Below, piece by piece: positions 16,789-25,120 of a DNA stretch of 64,000 nt (its first letter is position 1; each line of letters begins with the position of its first letter). This DNA comes from Eubacteriales bacterium. Its GTDB lineage: Bacteria > Bacillota > Clostridia > Lachnospirales > JAITVM01. The stretch lies in contig JAVBOA010000015.1 in NCBI GenBank assembly GCA_031551135.1, positions 18,814 through 82,813 of the forward strand, written 5' to 3'. Made by a program: the position numbers and the translations under genes. The notes below the pieces were generated by a model that searched no databases, was not told the origin of the DNA, and saw only the letters and a program-made list of their open reading frames with translations.

Positions 16789-17325
16789 ATGAAAAATTTT
16801 TTAGTTTCAAAACTTACATTGTCGGCCATGTTTTTGGCTATGGGACTTCTTTTGCCTTTTTTAACAGGGCAGATTCCGCAAGTAGGTTCGGCGCTTTTGC
16901 CAATGCATATTCCCGTTCTTTTGTGCGGCCTGATTTGCGGCTGGCAATACGGCGGTTTGATAGGCTTTATTATGCCGATAATGCGCTCATTTGTTTTTGG
17001 AATGCCTCCTCTTTTTCCGACAGCGGTTTCGATGGCCTTAGAAATGGCAGCTTACGGAATAATTATCGGTCTCTGTTATGCTTATTTTCCGAAAAAAAAC
17101 TCTTATTTATTTCTGTCTCTTTTTTCGGCAATGATTATCGGCCGAATTGTTTGGGGAATCGTACAATTGACGCTTGCCGGCGTTGGCGGAAATGCTTTTA
17201 CTTGGCAGATTTTTATAGCCGGAGCTTTTGTAAATGCTATTCCGGGAATAATTTTGCAATTATTTCTGATTCCTGCCGTAATGATTACGCTCCAATCAAA
17301 TGGGGTATTGAGCTATGAAAGATGA
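16789..17325 (+). CDS. ECF transporter S component (substrate unknown)
   Basis: 178 aa with about 5-6 TM segments. LPMHIPVLLCGLICGWQYGGLIG resembles the ThiW/QueT-clan S-component pattern. RBS AAAGGAG. Confidence 0.65.
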   Translation: MKNFLVSKLTLSAMFLAMGLLLPFLTGQIPQVGSALLPMHIPVLLCGLICGWQYGGLIGFIMPIMRSFVFGMPPLFPTAVSMALEMAAYGIIIGLCYAYFPKKNSYLFLSLFSAMIIGRIVWGIVQLTLAGVGGNAFTWQIFIAGAFVNAIPGIILQLFLIPAVMITLQSNGVLSYER

Positions 17326-18388
17326 AATTTCAAAAATTTTAATTAAACAATTCGAGATTTATCCAAAATCTCAAATTATAGATTTTTTGAAAGTCATTTA
17401 TCAAAATGAATTTGGCTGCGGACATTTAATTGATGATTCTGTAAATTCTTTGAATAGAATTAAAGATGAATTAACCTCGGCGGCGGAAATTAAATCTGAC
17501 ATAATAGAATTTATAGGGAATGGGCTTTGCCGGGTACATTTGCAAATTTTGCGGGAAAAATCGCTGTCTGCGGAGACGTTTAATAAAATATTTGTTCTCT
17601 CAGCTTTGCGATTGCGTGGAAATAAAGAGAGCTTTATTGAAAAAGTTCATATCTTTGAGGAACTTTGTTCGGAAAAAATTTTGCCGTTTTGCGCCGATGA
17701 ACTGCGGAAAATAATTTCAAAATGGGAAGCTGACGGCGAATATGCTTTTAGGCACAGTGAAGTATTTCGAGAAAATTATTCTCCGGCTTATCGTGTTGCT
17801 GAAAAACAGTTTTGCGATTTTATCGAGTTTTTGGCTTTGATTGACGAAGCTTGTAAAGAAAAAGAACATATTATTGTAGCGATAGACGGCGATTGCGCCG
17901 CCGGAAAGACTACGCTTGCCGCAATGCTGAATTTGATTTACGAATGCAATGTAATACATATGGATCATTTTTTTCTGCAAGAAGCTCAAAGAACCAAAAA
18001 ACGTTTGGAAACTCCCGGCGGTAATATAGATTTTGAGCGGTTTTCCACCGAAGTTTTGATTCCGCTTACGCAAATGAAAGAATTTTCCTACCGTCCGCTT
18101 GATTGCAGGGATTTTTCATTCGGCGAGCCGATAAAAATTCCGCTGAAAAAAATAAATATAGTAGAGGGCGCATATTCTCTGCATCCCAATTTATCGAACA
18201 AATATGATTTAAAAATTTTCCTCTCGGTAGATTCAAAAGAGCAAATGCGCCGCATCAGCGCGCGAAACGGCGAAATGATGGCGGATAAATTTAAAAATAT
18301 ATGGATTCCGATGGAGAAAAAATATTTTTCCGAATTTAAAATTTCGGAAATTTGTGATTTGTGTTTTACGTCTTTTTTTGAATATTAA
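17315..18388 (+). CDS. P-loop kinase of the uridine kinase / nucleoside kinase family with an N-terminal domain of unknown function
   Basis: Walker A VAIDGDCAAGKTTLA, then HMDHFF, in the C-terminal ~180 aa. The N-terminal ~170 aa are unassigned. Overlaps the S-component gene by 11 nt. Confidence 0.7.
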   Translation: MKDEISKILIKQFEIYPKSQIIDFLKVIYQNEFGCGHLIDDSVNSLNRIKDELTSAAEIKSDIIEFIGNGLCRVHLQILREKSLSAETFNKIFVLSALRLRGNKESFIEKVHIFEELCSEKILPFCADELRKIISKWEADGEYAFRHSEVFRENYSPAYRVAEKQFCDFIEFLALIDEACKEKEHIIVAIDGDCAAGKTTLAAMLNLIYECNVIHMDHFFLQEAQRTKKRLETPGGNIDFERFSTEVLIPLTQMKEFSYRPLDCRDFSFGEPIKIPLKKINIVEGAYSLHPNLSNKYDLKIFLSVDSKEQMRRISARNGEMMADKFKNIWIPMEKKYFSEFKISEICDLCFTSFFEY

Positions 18389-18454
18389 AATCATAAACGG
18401 AAAAGATAAATTCAACCTTATTGTATTACTAAAATTTTGAAAGGTATTGAATTT

Positions 18455-19756
18455 ATGAATTCTGTTTGGAGCGAAAGCGTTGAGAATAAAAAAAGCCGTC
18501 CGAATTTTCAGGGCGAAATGAATACGGATGTGCTGATAGTCGGCGGCGGCATGGCCGGAATTCTGATTGCTTACCGATTGAAGAAAGCCGGAGTTTCCTG
18601 CGTTGTTTTAGAAGCGAAAACTATCGGAAGCGGCGTTACAAAAAACACGACTGCAAAAATAACTTCACAGCACGGCTTGATTTATTCCGATATTATAAAG
18701 CGTTTCGGGATTGAAAAAGCAAGGGCGTATTTTGAAACAAATTCTCAAGCTCTTTTGGATTTTGAAAAACTATCTGAAAAATACAAATGTGATTTTGAAA
18801 AAAAGGATTCCTTTGTTTATACTTTAGAGAATAATTTGAATTTTGAAAACGAGATAAGAGCTTATGAAAAATTAAAAATCCCAATCTTGAAACATAATGA
18901 AAATCCATTGCCTATAAAAATTAAATCCATTCTCGGAATGGAAAATCAAGCGCAATTCAATGCGCTTAAATTTCTCGTTGCTTTGGCGGATAAGCTTGAA
19001 ATATATGAAAATTCGTTCGTTCATAGAATTGAGGGCAACACAGCTTTTTTGCGAAAAGGAAAAATAAAAGCAAAGCAGATTGTTATTGCAACGCATTATC
19101 CGCTTGTCAATGTTCCGGGTTTGTATTTTATGAAATTATACCAACATCGAAGCTACGTTATCGCTTTGGAAAACGCCGTAAAATTGAACGGTTATTATGT
19201 CGATGAAAATGAAAACGGCTTTTCATTCAGAAATTATCAAGATTATTTATTGATAGGCGGCGGAGACCACAAGACCGGAAAAAAAGGCGGGGGATTTTCG
19301 GAAATACGAAAATTGACGAAAACAGCGTATCCCGATGCGGCGGAGAAATTTCATTGGGCAACTCAGGATTGTATGTCTTTGGATAAAATCCCGTATATCG
19401 GGCGGCATAATTCTTCAAACAACAGGCTTTTTGTTGCGACCGGCTTCAATAAATGGGGCATGACTTCCTCGATGGTTGCGGCAGGAATTATTTCCGATTT
19501 AATAACAAAAGGCTCAAGTGATTTTGAAGAACTCTATTCTCCGCAAAGGTCAATGTTTACAACTCAGCTTTTTAAAAATTTAGGTTCAGCGGCTTCGGGG
19601 CTTTTGAGCATGGGAACGCCTCGGTGTTCGCATTTGGGCTGCAAGCTGAAATGGAATAAGCTTGAAAAAACTTGGGACTGCCCGTGCCACGGCTCACGCT
19701 TTGACAAAACGGGGCATATAATCGATAATCCCGCAAAAAGAAAAGCTCGGATTTAA
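18455..19756 (+). CDS. FAD-dependent oxidoreductase with C-terminal Rieske [2Fe-2S] domain (YhfW-like)
   Basis: Dinucleotide fold DVLIVGGGMAGILIAYRL. C-terminal Rieske ligands CSHLGC...CPCHGSRF. ORF track starts at TTG 18437; ATG 18455 is preferred. Confidence 0.8.
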   Translation: MNSVWSESVENKKSRPNFQGEMNTDVLIVGGGMAGILIAYRLKKAGVSCVVLEAKTIGSGVTKNTTAKITSQHGLIYSDIIKRFGIEKARAYFETNSQALLDFEKLSEKYKCDFEKKDSFVYTLENNLNFENEIRAYEKLKIPILKHNENPLPIKIKSILGMENQAQFNALKFLVALADKLEIYENSFVHRIEGNTAFLRKGKIKAKQIVIATHYPLVNVPGLYFMKLYQHRSYVIALENAVKLNGYYVDENENGFSFRNYQDYLLIGGGDHKTGKKGGGFSEIRKLTKTAYPDAAEKFHWATQDCMSLDKIPYIGRHNSSNNRLFVATGFNKWGMTSSMVAAGIISDLITKGSSDFEELYSPQRSMFTTQLFKNLGSAASGLLSMGTPRCSHLGCKLKWNKLEKTWDCPCHGSRFDKTGHIIDNPAKRKARI

Positions 19757-19761
19757 CTTTG

Positions 19762-19801
19762 TACTATTTTCATTCTAAAAGACAGAAAAATGTAAATAGT
19801 A
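19762..19801. repeat. Short palindromic element (family 1 termini only), likely terminator
   Basis: TACTATTTTCATTCTAAAAGACAGAAAAATGTAAATAGTA. Lies between the FAD/Rieske gene and the next gene. Confidence 0.65.
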
Positions 19802-19817
19802 TTAATGGAGAGATTTT

Positions 19818-20648
19818 ATGAGAAAATTCTTTGAGGGTTTTTATTATAAGCACCAAGCAAACGGACGAACACTTGCGCTGATTGCCGGAAAAGCAGAAGA
19901 TTGTGCATTTATTCAAATTATTACCGATTCGTCATCATATAATATAAATTTCCATAGCTCGGAATATAAGAAATCAGATAAAATTTTTATTAAAGGCAAT
20001 GAATTTTCAAACAGCGGAATCAAAATAAATATAAACGAAGATGAAATACAGATAAAAGGTGAATTGCAATATAGTTCTTTGATGCCGATTCAATATGATA
20101 TCATGGGTCCGTTTAAATTTTTTCCGATGGAATGTAGACATATAGTTATCAGCATGAAGCACAATGTTATGGGAAATATTGTATTAAATGGAGAAAAATT
20201 TGATTTTGACAATGGAATGGGATATATAGAAGGCGACAGCGGCTATTCGTTTCCAAAAACTTATTCATGGATACAGAGCAACGAGTTTGAGGAAAATATA
20301 TCGATTATGGCTTCGGTAGCTCTTATTCCGTTTATGGGCTTTCATTTTTGGGGCTGTATTTGCGTTTTAATGATGAACGGAAAGGAATACAGGCTTGCGA
20401 CTTATAAAGGCGCGCGCATCCTTCGGAATGAGTTTGGAAAAATAGAAATATCACAAGGGAAATTTAATTTGAAAATATCGGTAAACCAAAAAAGGGCAGA
20501 TGAATTATCAGCGCCTCAATCTGGAAAAATGGATCGAAAAATAAAAGAATCAGCGTCCTGCCCGGCAGAACTCTTGTTCACAGAAAATGACCGGACGATT
20601 TTTCATGGTAAAAGCAGTTTCGCAAGCTATGAATATGCGGATATTTGA
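19818..20648 (+). CDS. Hypothetical protein, tocopherol-cyclase-like N-terminus
   Basis: 276 aa. N-terminal FFEGFYYKHQ resembles the FEGWYFK start of the tocopherol cyclase family. Assignment is tentative. Confidence 0.4.
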   Translation: MRKFFEGFYYKHQANGRTLALIAGKAEDCAFIQIITDSSSYNINFHSSEYKKSDKIFIKGNEFSNSGIKININEDEIQIKGELQYSSLMPIQYDIMGPFKFFPMECRHIVISMKHNVMGNIVLNGEKFDFDNGMGYIEGDSGYSFPKTYSWIQSNEFEENISIMASVALIPFMGFHFWGCICVLMMNGKEYRLATYKGARILRNEFGKIEISQGKFNLKISVNQKRADELSAPQSGKMDRKIKESASCPAELLFTENDRTIFHGKSSFASYEYADI

Positions 20649-20686
20649 TATTGTATAAACAAAGTTTTGTATTAAAGAATAAAAAA

Positions 20687-20761
20687 GTATTTCATTCTGC
20701 ATCAGAATTGATGCGAAGAATGAAATATTTTTTTATGCATATCAAAATTGAAATAGTACTA
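20687..20761. repeat. Family 1-related hairpin plus right-arm fragment
   Basis: GTATTTCATTCTGCATC..GATGCGAAGAATGAAATATTTTTTT..AAATTGAAATAGTACTA. The right arm resembles GAAATGAAATATTTTTTTCTATCC..GAAATAGTATA of the full copies. Confidence 0.5.
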
Positions 20762-20943
20762 ATAGAATTAAGAAATTGAAAAATAATCAAACTGTTATTT
20801 TTTGTAATTATACTTTAAAAACCATGTATAGTGATAGAAAAATCCGGCGGGATTCAATATCCGTTTAAATTTATTTACTATACTTAAGTAAAATTTATAC
20901 TTGTCGATATAAAAATGTAAAATAATTTTTGAGGCGGTTTATT

Positions 20944-21060
20944 TAATACTATTTCCATTTTGATATGAAGAAAAAAATTTTTCACAGCGGAGTTTTTCGC
21001 GCAACGCTTCAGGCGCGAAATGAAATATTTTTTTCTATCCTTTGGAATGGAAATAGTATA
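20944..21060. repeat. Long palindromic intergenic repeat, family 1, full copy B
   Basis: TAATACTATTTCCATTTTGATATGAAGAAAAAAATTTTTCACAGCGG..TTTCGCGCAACGCTTCAGGCGCGAAATGAAATATTTTTTTCTATCC..GGAAATAGTATA. About 85-90% identical to 36739-36854. Flanked by GCGGTTTA (20934) and TAAACCGC (21066). Confidence 0.85.
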
Positions 21061-21091
21061 AACCGCTATAAGAAAATCTGGAGGTGACAAA

Positions 21092-21640
21092 ATGCGTAAA
21101 TATTTTTGCATATTAAGCTTGAGCTTTATATTATTTTCGGGATGCAATGCTGAAGTGCAGAACAAACCGGCCGATACAGCTTCTGCTGAAATACAGGAGT
21201 CAACAGAGGTGAAAACAAGCGAAATACCTACCGAAACTACCGCGACTACTTCGGCGGTGACATCCGTAGAGCCAACCGAATCTGAAGAGGATTTTGTATA
21301 TAACGACGCTTTTTTGATTAAAGTCGAAAATACAGATATTTTTAAAGAAGCAGGGGAACGTTATTTTTATATCGGGCGCAAAACATGCCCGACTTGCCGC
21401 GATTGGCTGCCTATTTTAGAGGAAGCCAGCGTAGCCAACAATAAAGAGGTCTATTATTTAGATACAGACATTTGGCGAGATAAAGAAGATGGCAAAGAAG
21501 TTATTACAAATCTCGAAATAAAATCTGTTCCTACGCTTGTTAAAATGAAAGACGGGCAGTTAGTCGAAAAGCTTGTAGTTAAAGATGAATTTGAAGAAGC
21601 TGCGGCAAAAACTGAGCTGCAAGAATTTTATACGAAATAA
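21092..21640 (+). CDS. Thioredoxin-fold lipoprotein
   Basis: Lipobox LFSGC, acidic Thr-rich linker, CxxC motif GRKTCPTCRDW and a thioredoxin-like C-terminus. RBS GGAGGTGA. Confidence 0.8.
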   Translation: MRKYFCILSLSFILFSGCNAEVQNKPADTASAEIQESTEVKTSEIPTETTATTSAVTSVEPTESEEDFVYNDAFLIKVENTDIFKEAGERYFYIGRKTCPTCRDWLPILEEASVANNKEVYYLDTDIWRDKEDGKEVITNLEIKSVPTLVKMKDGQLVEKLVVKDEFEEAAAKTELQEFYTK

Positions 21641-21656
21641 TTATTGAATAAAAAAA

Positions 21657-21681
21657 AGTCTGCGTAAAGCAGACTCTTTTT
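21657..21681. terminator. Bidirectional terminator between the thioredoxin lipoprotein gene and apbE
   Basis: AGTCTGC-gtaa-GCAGACT flanked by A8 and T6. Confidence 0.85.
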
Positions 21682-21690
21682 TATGATTTT

Positions 21691-22728
21691 TTATTTTAAA
21701 TACGATTCAAAACCTTCTGTTTTTTCGATTGCATTATTTCCGAGCAAAAACATCGCTTCTGCGCCCTCGATAGAATTGACAAGCTCCAAAGAATCTTCGA
21801 GCGGCATCAAAAAGCAGGAAGTAGAAAGAGCGTCGGCAATGCCGGAATCATCGCAGATTATCACAACAGAGCGGTATTTATCGGCGGGCATAAGCGTTTT
21901 TGGGTCGATAATATGATGGTAACGAACACCGTTCGACATAAAATAACGCTGATAATCTCCGCTTGTAACAATCGATTTATTGTTTACGTATAATATTTCC
22001 ACAATCCCGTCAGCTTTTTGGGGAAATTCGGAATTATCGGGAGCTTGCACTCCGGTAATCCATTTCCCTTTTTCGTTTTTCGGAGAGCCTGACGCAACAA
22101 CATTTCCGCCCGAATTTAAAAGAAAATCCGCGAAACCGTTTTTATTCAAATATTCTTTTACTTTTTGCGAAGCGTAGCCTTTTGCGATTGCGCCGACATC
22201 CAGAAGCATTTCGGGGTCTTTTAAAAAGACTGTGGATTTTTCTTTGTCAATTATTAAATCGTTGATATCTGTGTGGCGCGCGGCTTCTTCCAATTCGGTC
22301 ATGGTCGGGATTTTATTATCAAGCTTATCTATTTCGGATGCTGTTTGGTATTTTTGCCAAATGCTGATAACTGAGCCGAAAACCGGATTTAGATATCCAT
22401 TGGATTTTTCGTAATATAATTTCGAGAACTCCAAAAGTTCAATTATTTCTTTGTCAACCTCAACGGGTTTTAGTCCGGCGTTATTATTTATGCTCTTTAT
22501 ATTATTTATATTTTCATAATTATTATAATAATCAAATAATTTATAATATTTCGAAAATTCGCTTTCAGCAAGCTCACAAAGTTTTTCAAAATCACCTTGA
22601 TTATCCATATAAGCCGAAATAATAATTACCGTATCAAAATAACCGTAAATTGTTTTTTCGTATTTATTAACAGAACACGAAGTAAAAATCAATATCAGCG
22701 CAAAAATCCCAATAATCTTTTTAATCAT
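21691..22728 (-). CDS. apbE: FAD:protein FMN transferase (ApbE family lipoprotein)
   Basis: Lipobox FTSCS. ApbE blocks GAIAKGYA, LLNSGGN, TSGDYQRYF and HHIIDPKT. Confidence 0.9.
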   Translation of the reverse strand: MIKKIIGIFALILIFTSCSVNKYEKTIYGYFDTVIIISAYMDNQGDFEKLCELAESEFSKYYKLFDYYNNYENINNIKSINNNAGLKPVEVDKEIIELLEFSKLYYEKSNGYLNPVFGSVISIWQKYQTASEIDKLDNKIPTMTELEEAARHTDINDLIIDKEKSTVFLKDPEMLLDVGAIAKGYASQKVKEYLNKNGFADFLLNSGGNVVASGSPKNEKGKWITGVQAPDNSEFPQKADGIVEILYVNNKSIVTSGDYQRYFMSNGVRYHHIIDPKTLMPADKYRSVVIICDDSGIADALSTSCFLMPLEDSLELVNSIEGAEAMFLLGNNAIEKTEGFESYLK

Positions 22729-22755
22729 TAATATCCCCCAAAGTACTTAAAAAAT

Positions 22756-23280
22756 CTACAGCGTCGGGATTTTTTCGTCCAAAAATTCGCCCAAATCGGA
22801 GTCATGAGTTAAATTATCGCTTTTATCGTCGGCGATATCCAAAGTTTTTTTTGCGTCGTCAAAAATCTCCAAAGACGTGTTTACAGAGACATGGTCTATT
22901 TTTGAATCGATTCCCTTTATCAAATTTTCAATATCTTTTTTTAGCGTAATTAAATTTCTGTCATTTAAATCTTTGTTGATTTGTATTGAAACAACTGCGA
23001 TATTCCCGACAATATTCACTTTTGCATCTTGTATAAACCTTAGCTTCTTTATATTTTTCTCTAAATTTTCTTCGCGTTCCTCGAGATTTTGGTTTTTTGA
23101 CGAGAATTTTTCAATATTATCCATATTCTCGTTGACATAAAATCTATCGTTTTTGTAAATACTTGTTTTGTCATCATAAATACTGACATTATTTAAATCG
23201 TTTTTCATTGCGGAGGTATTTACATCTGCCGAACACGCCGTCAATATACCGACTGAAACTATAATAATAAATTTTTTCAT
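22756..23280 (-). CDS. YhcN/YlaJ-like sporulation lipoprotein
   Basis: Lipobox LTACS. Central IQDAKVNIVGNIAVVSIQI is typical of the YhcN/YlaJ family. Confidence 0.55.
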   Translation of the reverse strand: MKKFIIIVSVGILTACSADVNTSAMKNDLNNVSIYDDKTSIYKNDRFYVNENMDNIEKFSSKNQNLEEREENLEKNIKKLRFIQDAKVNIVGNIAVVSIQINKDLNDRNLITLKKDIENLIKGIDSKIDHVSVNTSLEIFDDAKKTLDIADDKSDNLTHDSDLGEFLDEKIPTL

Positions 23281-23427
23281 TTATTTCAACTCCATTATTA
23301 TTTTGATGCTTAAAAAATTTCTATATTATTATTTGTAAAAATCTGAATTTAAATCAGAAATCAGTGAATTTATATAATTTAGAATAATAAGTTTTTATAA
23401 AAAATAGATAAAAATAAATCCAATATA

Positions 23428-23436
23428 TGTTATAAT
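23428..23436 (+). promoter_or_regulatory. Extended -10 element upstream of the small ORF / dihydropyrimidinase
   Basis: TGTTATAAT. Confidence 0.4.
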
Positions 23437-23462
23437 TAATAAAAAACTTTAGGAGGTTTATT

Positions 23463-23648
23463 ATGAGTACAAAAGCCAGACATTACCGAGTAGTAAAAAA
23501 ACAAGTGGAACACGATAACAATACTTATGCAGGAATTTATGTTCCCAAGCAGAAACAGCATATCATCATAGTCGCTTTGATTATGTATTCTCTATTAATT
23601 TTTCTGAAAGGAATATTTTTTGGATTTTTCTTTTCGAAACACAGTTAA
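23463..23648 (+). CDS. Small single-pass membrane protein
   Basis: Strong RBS AGGAGG 7 nt upstream of the ATG. One TM (IIIVALIMYSLLIFLKGIFFGFFF). Confidence 0.5.
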   Translation: MSTKARHYRVVKKQVEHDNNTYAGIYVPKQKQHIIIVALIMYSLLIFLKGIFFGFFFSKHS

Positions 23649-23695
23649 TTGCAATCGAAAATATTTTTTATACCGGAAAATACAAGAGGTGAAGC

Positions 23696-25066
23696 ATGAT
23701 TATAAAAAATGGGGTAATTGCGAACTCGTCGATTTCATTTAAAGCCGATATAAAAATCGAAAATGGAATTATTTCCGCAATCTCCCAAAACATAAATGAC
23801 AATGACGGTGAAATCATCGAGGCCGAGGGAATGTATGTTATTCCGGGCGGAATTGATGCGCATACGCATATGGATTTGGATGTCGGAATAGCGCGTGCCG
23901 TTGATGATTTTTATACAGGCACCGTAGCGGCGGCTTTTGGTGGGACGACGACCATAATCGACCATATGGGTTTCGGCCCGAAAGGCTGTTCTTTATCACA
24001 TCAAGTCGGAGTTTATCATAAACTCGCCGGAGAAAAAGCTGTTATCGATTACGGATTTCACGGCGTTATACAGCATGTAAACGATGATATTCTAAACGAA
24101 ATGGACGAGCTTATCGATAAAGAAGGAATAACATCTTATAAAATATATTTAACTTATGATTATAAAATAGAGGATAAAGACGCATTCAGAGTTTTGGAAA
24201 AGGCTAAAGAAAACGGAATTGTAATAACCGTGCATCCGGAAAATGACGGCGTTGTCAATTATCTGAAATTAAAATATAAAGCTCAGAACAGACTTACGCC
24301 GGAATATCACGCAAAATCACGGCCGTTGGAATGTGAAGCCGAAGCGATTTCCAGAATGATACAAATGGCGCATATGGCAGGAGATCCAAAACTTTATATT
24401 GTGCATTTGTCAAATGCCTTAGGATTGGATATTATCCGCCAAGCGATTGACAGAGGACAAAAAAATATCTTCGCCGAAACTTGCCCGCAATATTTGTTTT
24501 TGAACGAAGATATGTACAAGCTTCCGAATAACGAAGGCTTGAAATATATTATGAGTCCGCCTTTGCGCAGCAAAGACAATAATGAGAAACTTTTTTCGGG
24601 CATCGAAAAAAAATATATCGATGTTATAGCAACAGACCACTGTCCGTTTAATTTCGGTATCGAAAAACAAATGGGCAAGGATGATTTCACAAAATGCCCG
24701 AACGGCGCGCCGGGCGTTGAATTGCGCCTGCCGTTGATGTTTTCGGAAGGAGTTATGAAAAAAAGAATTTCCATAAATGATTTTGTGGAAATATCCTGTC
24801 ATAATCCAGCTAAAATTTTCGGCTTGGATAAAAAAGGTGAAATTGCTGTTGGTTTCGATGCGGATATCGTAATTATCGACCCGAATAAAAAAATTAATAT
24901 CAGCAAAAATATTCTGCACGAAAATGTAGATTACACGCCATATGAAGGCTTTGAATTGCAGGGATATCCCGTTGTGACGATTTCGCGCGGCGAAATAATT
25001 GTAAAAGATAATAAATTCTTAGGCGAAAAGGGCAGAGGAAAATATATAAAACGAAAAATTATGTAA
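23696..25066 (+). CDS. Dihydropyrimidinase / D-hydantoinase
   Basis: Amidohydrolase metal motif PGGIDAHTHMDL, carboxylated-Lys region TSYKIYLTY, ATDHCPF and GFDADIVIID, collinear with cyclic amidohydrolases. Confidence 0.9.
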   Translation: MIIKNGVIANSSISFKADIKIENGIISAISQNINDNDGEIIEAEGMYVIPGGIDAHTHMDLDVGIARAVDDFYTGTVAAAFGGTTTIIDHMGFGPKGCSLSHQVGVYHKLAGEKAVIDYGFHGVIQHVNDDILNEMDELIDKEGITSYKIYLTYDYKIEDKDAFRVLEKAKENGIVITVHPENDGVVNYLKLKYKAQNRLTPEYHAKSRPLECEAEAISRMIQMAHMAGDPKLYIVHLSNALGLDIIRQAIDRGQKNIFAETCPQYLFLNEDMYKLPNNEGLKYIMSPPLRSKDNNEKLFSGIEKKYIDVIATDHCPFNFGIEKQMGKDDFTKCPNGAPGVELRLPLMFSEGVMKKRISINDFVEISCHNPAKIFGLDKKGEIAVGFDADIVIIDPNKKINISKNILHENVDYTPYEGFELQGYPVVTISRGEIIVKDNKFLGEKGRGKYIKRKIM

Positions 25067-25087
25067 AAAAAGTAGTACTCAAAAAAA

Positions 25088-25113
25088 TCGGAGGTTTGGA
25101 TATCAGCCTCCGA
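25088..25113. terminator. Bidirectional terminator between the dihydropyrimidinase and surface protein genes
   Basis: TCGGAGG-tttggatatcag-CCTCCGA flanked by A- and T-tracts. Confidence 0.75.
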
Positions 25114-25120
25114 AAATTTT

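Noticed and set aside
16923-17318. 131-aa alternative-frame ORF inside the ECF S-component gene (possible frameshift or overlapping gene).
   Set aside because: The annotated frame gives a coherent multi-TM S-component from RBS to stop. The alternative frame is Arg/Cys-rich with no start context.
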